A stretch of 64,000 nucleotides of DNA, taken from the NCBI GenBank assembly GCA_047967505.1, contig CM106538.1; one strand, given 5' to 3'. The stretch is from Dipteris shenzhenensis. Taxonomy: Eukaryota. A program made the position numbers and the translations under genes. The notes under the pieces were generated by a model. The model ran no database searches. It was not told the origin of the DNA and saw only the letters and a program-made list of their open reading frames with translations. Shown one piece after another: positions 48,277-61,600 of the stretch. The first letter of the stretch is position 1. Each line of letters opens with the position of its first letter.

Positions 48277-50339
48277 ATTATTCTAAAAGCCTTGCACACA
48301 GTGAACCATGAGATGTGACATCTTCCTCACCCTTAGATTATCACAACCCTTAAAGCCCCTCTGACATTACCTTTCTATCATAGCATTCTTTAAGGCCCTT
48401 GCACAGTTCCCATAATAAGAGAACCCAAAAAAAACTCTATGGCTTTGCGTGCGGCATGCCAAAAAGCCTCGAATCCTAGGTCCTTTTACCTAGTGATGTA
48501 TGGCATAGCCATGCTTGTAATCATACGATTGTATGAATATATGCTAACTTCAGGGGATTGCTACTCTAGTTTTGTATCAATCCTTCCATGCAATTCAATA
48601 GGGCACACCTTTTGATAACTACTTTTTTTAATTGATTCCGTGCAATTCAATAGGGCATAGCTCTTGATATATACTTGAGGCCAAGGCAACTCATGCATAG
48701 ATCTTTTCTTCACAACCGCGTCTCAAAGCTCTCTGCCTTTTCAAAAAACTGCACTCTTTAGGCTTATATTAATGCCTACTCTATTCTAATCACTTGTACT
48801 GTTGTAATCATTAAAGATCTATGAAAGTGTCCAATCTACCGACGTATTACCTTGCCATTGGGAGGAATTGCCACATGCTACTTTAGCATTGAATTCCCTT
48901 TTGTTAGGATCAATGTGACATATCGCCCTACCATAAGACCACACATCTAGGGATCTTACCACTGGGAGAAGTAACTTGTGGCACCTTCACATTAATTTCA
49001 CTTCCTTTTCATATATAAAACTGATAAAACAAAAAATTTCCAACCATTCCAAAAAAATAGATTAGAAGATCATAAATGAAAATTTTACAATCCATCTCAT
49101 GTCAACCTAAGTGTTTGAACAATGATTTATGGTATTACTTTTTAAAAGCACTCCCTCCCCCAAACATAATTCAAGGCTTTATTTAATTATTTTATGAGAT
49201 GAAGGTTGCAGCTTTGTTTTGTAGAAAGTGAGGCTTTTTCATATTTGCATTGAAATGCACTTAATCTCAGCAAGGGATTAGTGTGTCTATTGTTTGTGAA
49301 AGAAAGTGTAGGTCTTATGCTCACTTAGGTCGCATTTTTGGGCCGATACACAATTGGATCTAGCCAATCAAGGAGCTATTTCTGGAGCATTTTTTGGGCT
49401 ATGCTATGATGTGCTACTCGGAGAGATTTCAAATTCAAGGCAGTATGGCACTCTAATTGGGTTTTTTTCCAACGTATTGATTGCCACACTGGCGTAATGA
49501 TCATGCACATGACTTGTGAGAACTTGCTAGTGTAATCGTTCTGAACACCTAGTAGAGCTTGACACATAGTACTCTAGGTCTTTACTCCATGGGCATATAG
49601 TCATCCTAGAAATAGTGCAAATCTCAACACGTGCCACTCCACGCCTTCACCCTATGGAGCCTGTACAGTCCATGGGCATACAACTATTTCAAACATGGTA
49701 TAGAGCTTGACATGCACCGTGTTGGCTTACAGTTCTATGACCACCACACTTGTTCAAAAAGAGAGCTACTTTAGCATTTTTAAGGTCATTTAAAACCATC
49801 AAGGTGGTTTCAGGAGCTTCTTTCATAGCTATTTGGTGCAAAGAAGTAAATTAACCACTATTTTATCTTATGATGTACCAAATTTTCCCTGAAAATCATT
49901 GCCTAAAGCAAGAATTTTGTGCCCCATTGCATAAAACAAAAATTCTAAAGTTGAATGCTACCTTGAGGGTCCCCAACCTACAAACTAGCATAGGAGATAG
50001 CCAAGGGAATAGATCTCAATGACCTTTGGAAGGCCTGGCATAGATGTGAACCTAGTAGTCCAAGTAGCATGCCAACCATGGCGGTGGCTGGAATGCACTT
50101 TTTAGCACTTTTTAAAAAGTTTAGACATTTTTTAGGGCACTTTTTAGCTCTCTTAGAGCATGCTCATGATTGCATAGAGACTAACACAAAGCAAACAAAA
50201 AGATCACACAAAGATACTCATATTTTATATAAAAAACTAGACTATCATGTGCATTCAATGGTATATTACTAGAAATCCATTAGCACCCCAGTAGTGGCAT
50301 ACTCTACTACAAAATAATAGTCTACTATAAAAAATTTAT

Positions 50340-50605
50340 TAGAATAGTCTAAGTAGATTAAGCATTTGGAACTGTTTCAGAGAATATGAGAAAAGAGAAA
50401 TATGTTTGTAATATTACAAAATTGGTAAGTATTATAAAATTTTGGTAACCTTGGGCCTAGTGTAATATAAAAATTTTATTACAATAGTCTAAGCAGACTT
50501 ACCATTTGGCACTTGTTGGGAGAATATGAGAAAAGAGAAACATGTTTGTATTATTATAGAATTTGTAAATGTTACCAAATTTTGGCCACCTTGGGCCCTA
50601 TTTAC
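50340..50605. repeat. Diverged tandem duplication of ~140 bp
   Basis: aatagtctaag...gagaatatgagaaaagagaaa.atgtttgta...ccttgggcc appears twice. Confidence 0.7.
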
Positions 50606-52594
50606 AATTAGCCGTTTGCATCCTAAGGTACAATCTTGGGCCATATGTACAAAATTTTGGCCGTTTGCATCCCTCAATGCATCCAAAAGGAGGTCAAAAA
50701 TCAAAACAAGGCACCTTCAACTCAAAAGGAATACTGCCCCACCTTGCAAGCCTTTGAAGGAGGTCGGACATCAACAAGGCCACCACTCCGCTTCAAAGGC
50801 AAGTACTGCCTTGCCATTCAAGCCGTTGAAGCAAGTTGAACATTGAATGTAACATAGATGCTAAGGAGCATAAGCAAAAAAATGAGCAAAATCTTCCCAA
50901 AAAATTCGAACTCCTTGATCAATGTCTGAATGGGCTCCATAGAAAAGAACTCAATGCAAGCCATCTGCATTTATCCATGTTAACTCCTCAATCTTGAGAC
51001 CAATCAAGAACCCCTATTGAACACGAAGCATGAACACAACACATGGCATTAAAATCTTTGAGCAATGCAATGTGACCACCTTGAGGAAGGAAGAAGATAT
51101 AATATGGATGTTGTTGGTATAAAGAATGTTGGTAACACTAGGGGGTCAATACAAGAGTGGACATGGTGGAGGGGGGAGTAGTGGAGAAACAGGCAATGAG
51201 CAGTGTAGAGATAGATTCTAATGATGATGACTAGGGGGTCTGATGAGAAGTGGGAAATAGCAATGGAGGAATAGCATTAGTGGAGAAATAGAGTTCTTGA
51301 TGGCAAACAAGGGAGCCAATAAGTAGTGGAGAAATAACATTAGACGCATAAAGATGAGGGTGCTTTTTTATGCGTAGTCTGTGTATTACCAGCCGATTGA
51401 AGAAGTGGCATTTGATCAATTGGCATGTCCAAAAAATCATCAATGGATTTCAAACAATCAAAATGGCCTGGTAATTAATCGCTAGCCAACCTGGTGGCAT
51501 GTCCAGCTAATCATGAGTTGCCTTTAATCAATCAATCTATCAATCATGTGCCCAATGCATGCTAGCCAAGTGGATTTATTCACCACACCAAATTAAAATT
51601 TAAGTCTCGATGATTGGTAACTAATTACTCTACATGCAAGCCCGGTGGTTGTCATCATGTCTAAAATTTGAATCATCATTGCATTCTTAAATTGATACAA
51701 TGCTTGCACAAACTCAATTCAAGCCATATACATGCCAGCTAGGGGGCTCCATGCCCAATGGTTGGGTCATCAAATTAAGCCTCAATGACTAGTTAATAGC
51801 TGCTCACTCTACTTACTCCACATGCAAGCCTAATAGTGCATGTAAGCTTGGTGGTTGTCATCATGACTCGTAATTAACTACTCATTCTATTTACTCTACA
51901 TGCAAGCTCGATGGTTTTCATTGTGATCAGCAATCAAGTGCTTGGGTCCATGGATGATTTTTTCAAGTTAAGGAGCTAAACTTTTATATTGGTGTTGAAA
52001 GTTTGTATGCCCTAATAAAAATAAATGTTTAAAACATTCGCCAGGATTTGAAAGTTATATGCAAAAAAAATTAAAGTTTTGCCAAAATTTACATTTTTTC
52101 CTTCAAAATTCAAAATAAAATATATAAAAAATTACTACATTCTACTCATATTATGAAACTAAAAAAATGATCTTGAAAACTTTCACCAAGATTTTATATT
52201 AATATATAAGCATAGCTTCAATAAAAACAACCCTGCTTGGGTCATTGTTTGCTTGGGTGTAGCCATTTTTGGTGAGGTTTAGGGACTTTTCTGTATATAG
52301 GTATCTTGCATGACCCATAACTTATGCATTGCTCAATCGAATTCGGCAAAATTTGTCTTCAAGTTGTAGTACTCATTCCAAACTTGAACATGAGAGCTAA
52401 AAATTATGGAATAAGGATTTGGAACGAGAGCATTAATGCATTACGAGTGCTATGTTGCATGTGAAGCATGCATCTTGAAGACTATAGGGGAGGTAGCAAG
52501 CTAAGGGTGTCCACTTCCGGACCACTTTCAGGTGAGTGTGACCTCAGTGTGACACCCCCTTGAGTGAAAATACAAAGGTTTTGCTTCGGTGTGA

Positions 52595-53240
52595 AATACC
52601 TCAATCGAAGTATCGTCTCCAATGAAATTCACACACGAGGACAACCGAGCCAAGCCAATACCTCGATCGAGGTCCTAGACTTTCTTTCACTGAACCGAGC
52701 CTATACCTCGACGATCGAGGTCTCGTGGCAAGCCACCTATACCTCGATCGAGGTATCATGGCAAGCCACCTATACCTCGATCGAGGTATTGTGGCAAGTC
52801 CACATACCTCGATCGAGGTATCGTGGATAGATGACTTCGGTCGTGTCAAATACCACGATCGAGGTATGTGGCATCCGACATGGCAGATGACATACCTCGA
52901 TCGAGGTACCGTGGCAAGTCCAAAAACCTCGATCGTGGCATGCTGGACCGATGACTTGGCCGCATGTCCGATACCATGATCGAGGTATGTGGCATCCGGC
53001 TGGCAGCTGGCATACCTCGATCGAGGTATTGTGGCAGGTCCATACCTCGATCGAGGTATGCTGGACGGATGTGTATGTGGCATGTCGAATACCTCGATCG
53101 AGGTATCGAGGTATGATGGAGCGATGTATATGTGGCATGTCAAATACCTCGATCGAGGTATCGTGGCATGTCTATACCTCGATCGAGGTATGATGGATCG
53201 ATGTGTATGTGGCATGTGAAATACCTCGATCGAGATAGTG
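52595..53240. repeat. Array of ~16 copies of the 18-bp palindrome ATACCTCGATCGAGGTAT (about half perfect) with related 12-45 bp linkers
   Basis: Perfect copies at 52739, 52772, 52804, 53012, 53042, 53089, 53144 and 53174; degenerate copies at both ends and in between. Confidence 0.95.
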
Positions 53241-53265
53241 AAACCCTAAATTTTCGTATATAAAG
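53241..53265 (+). promoter_or_regulatory. Telo-box (AAACCCTAA) plus TATA box (TATATAAA)
   Basis: aaaccctaaa at 53241 and tatataaa at 53257, followed by a CpG-rich leader, ATG at ~53357 and a donor AG|GTAAG at ~53410. Confidence 0.6.
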
Positions 53266-53356
53266 AGAGGGACCCCCCTCATTCTTCAAACCTCGATCAA
53301 GCTCCTCCTCATCGAAATCAACGGATTTGCGGGAGCTCGACGGAATTTCAGCAGCG

Positions 53357-56300
53357 ATGGACAACGACCGACAGACAACGACGAAGATGGACAGAGCGGG
53401 AGATTCTAGGTAAGGTTTTTTTAATGTAGCTTTTTTTTTTTGCGAAAATTTATTTAAATTTTATTTTATAAGAATATCTCATTCAATTATAAAATATTTC
53501 AAAATTTCAAATGCATTTTAAAGTTTTTTTAAATTATTTTTTTAATTACATAAGTTTTTATTTAAAATGTGAAAATGTATATATTTTGTTTTTTAAAATC
53601 ATCTATTGAAAAAAAAAAGAGATTAAATTAGTTTTTATGTTATTTTTCAAATTAGTGCTATTTTTATTTAAATAAAAAAACATTTAAATTTTATTTTTAA
53701 AAATCATCTTTTAAAAAAAAAGAAAATAAGAGTTTAAGGTAGCTTTTATGTTATTTAAGTTAGTGAAGTTTTTATTTAAATGTCAAAAAGTATATATTTT
53801 GTTTTTTAAAATCATCTATTAAAAAAAAGAGAGATTAAAGTAGTTTTTATGTTATTTTTTAAATTAGTGAAGTATTGAATTAAATATAAAAATGTTTAAA
53901 TTTTGTTTTTAGAAATCATCTATTAAAAAAAAGAAAATAAGTGTTTAAAGTAGCTTTTATATTATTTTTCAAGTTAGTGAAGTTTTTATTTAAATGTCAA
54001 AATGTATATATTTTGTTTTTTAAAATCATCTATTTCATTTATTTTAAAAAAGAGATTAAAGTAGTTTTTATATTAGTTTTCAAATTAGGGAAGTGTAGCA
54101 TCTTTAACACAAAGTTTGAAATTTCTTTGAAAATGAAATAAGACCAAGGATGTACATCTAAATCCCTTTTTCAATAACACCGTTAAATAACTATTGTGTG
54201 TGCATCTTGCATTGAAGAGTGGAGCAACTTAGAGCATGTAGGGAGTGCATGTGTTGCATTTGCAACATAGCACTATTGTAGGCATAGCCACACATTTGGC
54301 CCATCTATCGTTAGGTGCATAGGATGATCCCAACGACATCCTACCTCATCAAGGAGTACGTGACTAAGTGTAATCAATCAAACAAATAGGAGAGAGTAGG
54401 TCATGTGGCTAGCAATCCCTTTAGGTGGCACGTGAAACTATAGAAATAGGGAACTAGGGAAGGTTGTAGATCTATGTATGGATATAGTTACATAGACAAA
54501 TACAAAGACTTATGTGATTCCATGAAACCTTGTCATGAGCTTTTGCAAAAATTCAATCAAAATTGGTTAGCTAAAAGTTTTCATTACGTAAATAGATTAT
54601 TAAGTCCCATTGAATAGAATATTATTTTCATTACCCAAATAGAATATTAATTTCCATATGTTTTTTTTGTGCATGCACTAGCCAGCGCACAGGTTCTGGC
54701 ACCACTGTTCGTATGCAGATAGCGATTTTGAGAGCTGAGATGAGGGCACTGCAGGATGCTAGGGCACCCCCTCACTTGGTTGCGAGTCTAGATTCAGTCA
54801 TTGATGCTCTAGGTCGATTAGACATAGTTGAGGACATTTTGGATACCTTTTAGGCACAGGTTGAGGTAGAGATCACTAGTCATGGCTTGGATTGGAGAGC
54901 CATTTGAGAGTTGTTTGAGCGTGAGTCACCTCACAGGTAGGCCTTAGAGGATATGCTTTGGGATGGTCACACTGAGGCGATGCGACCATGATCAGGGTTG
55001 CCCTTTTATATTTTACGTTGTAGGCACCCCGTCATAGCAGCACACATTTATCCGAGATATCTCGCTGTGAATGGTGGTCGATTGCCTCACAACCGTCAGA
55101 TAGCCAGGTCATTTGCCATGCAGCTATACGCCGAGTTTGTGCTTGGTCATCGGGTAGACTACCTTAGTACCCGTCCAGGATCAGGAGCGGGACATGGTAG
55201 GATGGGCCGTCAGGAGTGTCAGACTACACGGCGTCGATGCGAGGCACCAGAGCTGCACACTATCCCTGCACCAGCATTGGGAGCTGTTGGAGTACAGATT
55301 AGGGGGGATGTTCATTCAGTGGCCTCATCCTTGCACGACATGGTCTCTGCCCTATCGAGATCACTTTCGATTCCACCTCCCACATCTATGGAGCCTCCCA
55401 CATCTACACCGCCTCAGCATGAGTTGGAGACTCGAGACGCACAGATTGCAGAGTTGGAGGCATTGTTGGCCGAGTCTAGAGATGAGGTTAGTTATTCTGA
55501 TTATTTTAGTTTATTTTTTTGTTGCGTGTTTTGAACTGAAGGGTTTTGGTTAATTCTCACCATGTATGTGACATGTTTGCATTGCAGGCACATCTATTGC
55601 GACAGGATATGGAGTCTCATGTACGACTGTTAGAGGCAAATTTGGAGGAGCAAAGGATTCGGACACGCATAGCCTACCATCGAGCGGAGCACTATATTTT
55701 GTAATTGAGACATATTAGTCATGATCCATCTCGCCATAGGATCGACCCCAGTGTGGCCCTGTACCCCGCTCCTCCTATAGATGTGCTGACTAGGATACCC
55801 ATAGATGCACCAGTCATAGCCAGACTTCCTACCACCACTTGTGTCCTTTGCCATGAGGATTTTGACACCGTAGGGTGGTTTGGACCAGGGTGCGGCCACA
55901 TCGCACATCTCCATTGCATGACCCGCCACATGGTGGCATGATCAGTGTGCCCTGTATGCTTTGTTGACATTAATGTGGCCACATATAGAGGACTAGGCAT
56001 GGATGATCTGTATCCTGGTCATCGTCAAGCCATTGATCCTTTTTCCCGTGTGGTCTTGACAGAGCACTACAGGGAGGAGGCATAGAGAGCTTTGCTGCAG
56101 CAGGAGGGTGTTGATACGTCAGTGGTTGCAGCGTGTGTTCCGCGACGCTTCTCATATGGTGATTTCATGCCAGGTGATGAGGCACGAGCAGAGGAGGCAC
56201 GCCGTATTGAGCGAGAGGTAGAGCTTCAGATATCATTGCAGCAGTGGGTGGAGCAGCAGCTTAGGCGGGGCCGAGACCAGTGTCTTCTACATGTAGAGAC

Positions 56301-56541
56301 AATTACTCGTGCTGGATTTGAGGCATGAGTATTCGCAAATGCACGAATTTGGGAGCTAAGGCATGCATACATAAAGGAGGTGAGGGAGGCAGAGATGGTA
56401 CCAATGGCTCGTGCAGCATGCCCTCCTCTTCATCAGGATGAGGCTGGCCCATCTCATGCAGGAGATGAGGCTGGCCCATCTGATCCGGCAACGGACGGTT
56501 GGGCAGCGGGTCGTACAGGAGCCACGTCAGAGGATGACTAG
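53357..56541 (+). pseudogene. Spliced, decayed gene with a RING-type zinc finger
   Basis: CVLCHEDF...GCGHIAHLHC...*SVCPVC at ~55838-55960; splice sites at ~53410, 54718, 55487 and 55587; several stops. Confidence 0.6.
53540..54090. repeat. AT-rich ~120-bp tandem repeat (intronic)
   Basis: Recurrent tttaaaatcatctatt-a(n)-gagattaaa.tagtttttatgttattt. Confidence 0.8.
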
Positions 56542-56689
56542 AGGATCATATGTGGAGTTATCAGATTCTAATTCAGGATGATTGTTTAGGCTCACACATA
56601 TCTTGTTTAGGGATGCACTTCTGCACAATGATGATGATGATGTACACATTCATTTTGGTACTTTCATGATATTGTTCTAATTCTTCTTC

Positions 56690-57400
56690 TTCAAGGTCCT
56701 TAACCATCAAACTCCAATGTGAGCTACATAAGTAATTAAGAATAATTATTATTTGACACAATGTCATCAATGAAAGAGTAAACATAATTTTGGAATTTTA
56801 CGTACGCCCCATGATATGCCATAAACATGACTCGCATGCCATCCAAATGTAGAGGTTCCAACTAGGCACAAACATCATCTATGGTCTTTGTCTGATCGCT
56901 AAGTATAGAAGAAAGAAGAGAATCCAGCACATATACACGATTTTGTGCCGATCTAGGAAGTTGTGATATAACCATACTATACCCACAAATAAACGAAAGT
57001 TAGCTCATTAGATTGAATCAAAATACTAAAGTATCAAGCTTAGAAAAAGTTGTATCAAACCTAAGCATGGCCATCACTACTTTGTCATTCATCACTTTGT
57101 TAGGATTTGGGAGTATTGAAATCTACTCTGTACCAAATGTCACATACTGAGGTTGCTGTCGAATGATAACCCTAACATTAAATGAGCTTCCAAATTCCTT
57201 CAGTGTAGCCACATTTGCAGAATTGATCTCTATAATAGCCAACATCCTCTCTTCATGCATCTTCAACTCATCTATGCTTGCAACCGACCAAAAAGTGGCC
57301 AAGTTACTACTTCATCTAAATCAACTGTCCAAAACTTGGAGAAATTATACTATTGCCTTAAGTTCAAAACAATTTGGCATCACATTCTTTAATGATATGA
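56690..57400 (-). pseudogene. Ulp1/C48 peptidase-like fragment
   Basis: ISILPNPNKVMNDKVVMAML, AQNRVYVLDS, IIILNYLCSSHWSLMV; truncated after the His motif. Confidence 0.45.
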
Positions 57401-57929
57401 ATGTATGTTAGTAAAGCATTAGAGTTAGTACAATTCTTTGAAGCTTATAAACATTGTGATATTTTCACTGCCACACTAATTTAAAACAAAACTTGATGCT
57501 AATTCTTTTGAGTAATAGGAAACAATAAAAGTAGCGCCACTTATACAAAAACTAGATATGTAATTGAGTTTTTCAAATGGGGTCATTTCTTACTTATTCT
57601 CTTATTGCCATGTTGTCTTTTCCAATCTTCCAAAGGCCAAAGATAAATTCTTGCAATTCTGCTTGTAATATATTGACCCGAGAATCCAAGTTGTTTAGCC
57701 CTTAAGACTGCCTCCACATCACTCATTGAATCCATATTGCACATTAATTGTAATATGTCAAGTTGTTCCACAGACAATTTCTTTAGTGGTGTTGGTTTTT
57801 CCATTAACTGCTTCATTTGTTTTTGTTCATCATGCTTCAAAACATTTGATGGTTTCTTCTCCTTGTCTGAGGAAGAGCAACTTTCTTCCCAAAATATTTT
57901 CGGAGAAGGAATACAACTCCATAGGTTCT

Positions 57930-58697
57930 AAAAATGCTTGATAATGCTCTCAAAGTATCCATACAAAGTATCACTGGAGACTGACCAAAGGGATCTGCTA
58001 TGATCATTGATCAGACATCTGCTGAAACATGTCTTAATTCAAGGAGATAAGGCAATAATTTTTCTATGAGTTTAGCATTGCCTTGACTATGAAGAGTAAA
58101 TGGCTCTGGAAACAAACAAGTTCCAAGAGGATTTACACAATCCTTGTATGGACTATCATCGATCAAGATAGTGTTTGTCTGATCATATTGTCCTTTCCAC
58201 GATTCCCACATGTTATAAAGTGGCTTGAATAATGTTTCTACATACTGCTTGTCCGGTCTAAACAATGGACGACTTTTCCTTTTATAACATTTCTCTTGTC
58301 CCCAAAGCATGAAGAAAAGAAACTTTTTATTTGCTACCTCTTCTAGTAGTTCAATTCTCTGCTTCATATTCCACCTCAAGGCACAAGACCATATGACCAC
58401 ATTAAAGTGTTCTAGAAGAACATGGAGAAATATGCACCCATTCCGTAGCAATATCTTCTCTCTCCCAATGTTATAACATCTATTATCAAAGAAGCTCTTA
58501 TCAACCTTGCATAGCAATAATCCATTTAAGTCTAGAATGATGGCTCTTTTATGAATTCTATGAGTGAACCTTGCATGGACTCTCACATTGAATAATTTGT
58601 TTTGGAGGACCATTCTATATTTTCTCTTGAATCCTCTTGCAAAATGTCCATCTCAATGCCCTCTTGTACTAGTAGAGTATTTGCATCATCCACATCA
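57930..58697 (-). pseudogene. FCP1/NIF-homology (HAD) phosphatase-like domain, interrupted upstream by a copia LTR
   Basis: IILDLNGLL, HFNVVIWS, WGQEKC, FKPL..MW, NTILIDDSPYK..NP, then DV*..DPFGQ. Confidence 0.75.
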
Positions 58698-61600
58698 TGT
58701 GAAGATTGTGGGAGAGAGGGAAGGAGTCTCACTTGCGGCTTTCTCACATGCACAATGGGGGAATACACACAAAGGTGGAGGCTGAAAACAGTTTTCCTCT
58801 TCTTAGTTGTGTAAGCCAAAAGAACACTCGTACAAAGAAATAGAAGAACCCTATATGTGGGTCTCAAACCAAACTCAACTAACTAAGGTGGCATACTAAC
58901 TGAGCCACAAACTAGAGTAGATAAGGATAGCTGTCATCCAGCTATTATTCATGGGTGGTGTACCAACCGCATCTCCAGCTAACAAGTCGGTGACATAAGT
59001 ACACAACGGTCACCCTGGCATATCTCGAGTGGAGCTCGATATCTCAACACTCCCCCTCAAGCTCAATCCCAAATCCTGCACACCAAGCAGGTCTCTGAAC
59101 TTGCGCAGCTTCTCTGCGCCCAATGCTTTCGTGAATATGTCAGCTACCTGATCCTCTGTGTTGACATAAACTAGATCAATAAGGCCTAGTAAAACCTTCT
59201 CCCGCACATAGTGATAATGCACCTCAATGTGCTTTGTTCTGGCATGAAAGACTGGGTTCTTTGCCAAGTGCATACTGCTCATGTTGTCACAATAAATGAC
59301 AACCGGCCCATCTGTAGACTGATGCATATCATAGAGTAGCTTATGCAACCAAGCTACCTCACATGCAGCCATTGCTGCACCCCTGTACTCAGCCTCTGTG
59401 CTCGACAAGGCAACTGTAGGCTGTTTCTTGCTGCTCCAAGTGACTGCAGCACTCCCAAAAGAGAACACATATCCACTGGTAGATCGTCTATCAGAAATGC
59501 TACCAGCCCAATCAGCATCAGTGTATCCATGCAATTGTATCCGAACCCCATCCTCATAAAATAGTCCATACTGCAATGTGGACTTCACATACCTGAGTAT
59601 GCATCTAGCCGCATCCAAATGCGGTTTCCTTGGAGCCTGCATAAACTGACTTACCAACCCAACAGCATAGCTCAAATCTAGCCTGGTAATAGTCATGTAA
59701 ATCAAACTTCCTACTATGCGTCTGTACATAGTAGGGTCTTCTAGAAGCTCATCTGCATCTGCGCTCAGCTTCACATTCTGCTCCAAAGGAATTGAAATAG
59801 GCTTACAGCCTGTCATCCCATATTTGGACAGCATGTCCAATCCATACTGCCTCTGCAAGAGCTGTATCCCACTTGGTGATCTAATCACCTCAATGCCCAG
59901 GAAATAACACAGATCTCCCAAATCCTTCATCTCAAACTTCTGCCTCAATAGCATTTTCACATGAAGGATATCTTCATCACTATCACCTGTGATGATCAAA
60001 TCATCAACATAAATGACCAGCAGCATAATCCCTTTCTCTATTTTTCTCACATAGAGTGAGAAATCTGCCTTGGAAATCTGAAAGCCAATAGTGACAAGAT
60101 ACTGTCCTATCTTGTCAGACCATGCTCTAGGTGCTTGCTTCAAGCCATACAAGGCTTTCTTCAACCTGCAAACAAACTCAGGATGAGTAGCATGAACATA
60201 ACCTGCTGGCTGCTCCATAAAGACCTCTTCTTGCAAATCACCATGCAAGAAGGCATTCTTTACATCCATCTGATGTAAAGACCATCCCTTTGATGCAGCC
60301 ATAGCAATGGCTGCTCTTACAGTTGCCATCCTTGCAACCGGGCTAAAAGTTTCTTCATAATCAATGCCATATGTCTGTGCATACCCCTTGACAACTAATC
60401 TTGCCTTGTATCTATTCACAGAACCATCTGCATTGTGCTTGATCTTATAAACCCACTTACAGCCAATTGCATTCTTGCCTTTAGGCAAAGGCACCAATTC
60501 CCATGTAGCATTAGCATCCAAGGCATCCATTTCTTCATCCATGGCTTTCTCCCATTTTTCATTTCCCATGGCTTGCTCAAAAGAAGTGGGTTCTGGTTCC
60601 TGTATCACTTTGACCATATAGGCATAGTGAATGGCTGTAAATCCATCATATTTCAGCCTATCCACACGATACCTAACCCTGGTAGACTTGTGCAAAATAG
60701 GCTCACTTCTAGGTGCTCTCAAAACATCCCTGGTCTTCCTTACTCCAGGTGTAACAACAGAAGGAATACCCAACTCATCATCAATGCTCTGTTCTGAGCC
60801 ACTGGATTCACCATCCACACAAGAGTGACCTGCATTCACATCAAACATGGGCTGATCTACCTTCTCTTTTCCTTTTCGTGATACCTGCGTACCACTCTCT
60901 ACATTGCTTTGAGGAGATTCTCCTGATCTCAATCTACCTGTCCATGGTGAAGTATGTGAACCACTGCTAGAGGACACTGCAGGTCCACTGATATTTTGTG
61001 ATTGCTGCTGTGAATTCTGTGCAGCAATACCATTTTGTGCATCTACATCAATCATCACATTTACTGGTTTATACCAGCTGCTCATCTCATCAAAAACAAC
61101 ATCTCTGCTCACTGTGAACTTATGTGTAGAAGGGTTATAGCATCTATACCCTTTCTGCTGCAGAGAATAACCAATAAAGACGCACTTCTCAGCTTTTGGA
61201 TCCAACTTGGACCTCAACTCATCTGGCACATGGACATAGGCAATGCAACCAAAAATCTTCAAATGAGAAATATCTGGTTTCCTACCAGTATACATCTCCT
61301 CTGGCGTCATGCCATGTATTGCTGCAGTGGGAGTCCTGTTCATTATATAGACTGCTGTAGCAACTGCTTCAGCCCAATAATAATCTGGTAGATCTTTTTC
61401 ATTTAGCATAGCCCGAGATACCTCTCCAATATGCCTGTTTTTCCTTTCTGCAATTCCATTTTGCTGTGGGGTATGACTGCATGAATATTGGTGCTTTATA
61501 CCATGCTCCTGCAAGAACCTTGCAAACTCATTTGAGAGGTACTCTCCCCCTCCATCTGACCTTAGGCATTTTATTTGCAGGCTTGTTTCTTTTTCCACCA

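Noticed and set aside
47000-52450. Specific element calls in this degraded repeat mosaic
   Set aside because: Only weak gag-like traces and short tandem duplications; boundaries and families cannot be supported by eye.
52595-53240. CRISPR array (repeat-spacer appearance)
   Set aside because: Linkers are related to each other and vary widely in length, no cas genes are present, and the context is eukaryotic.
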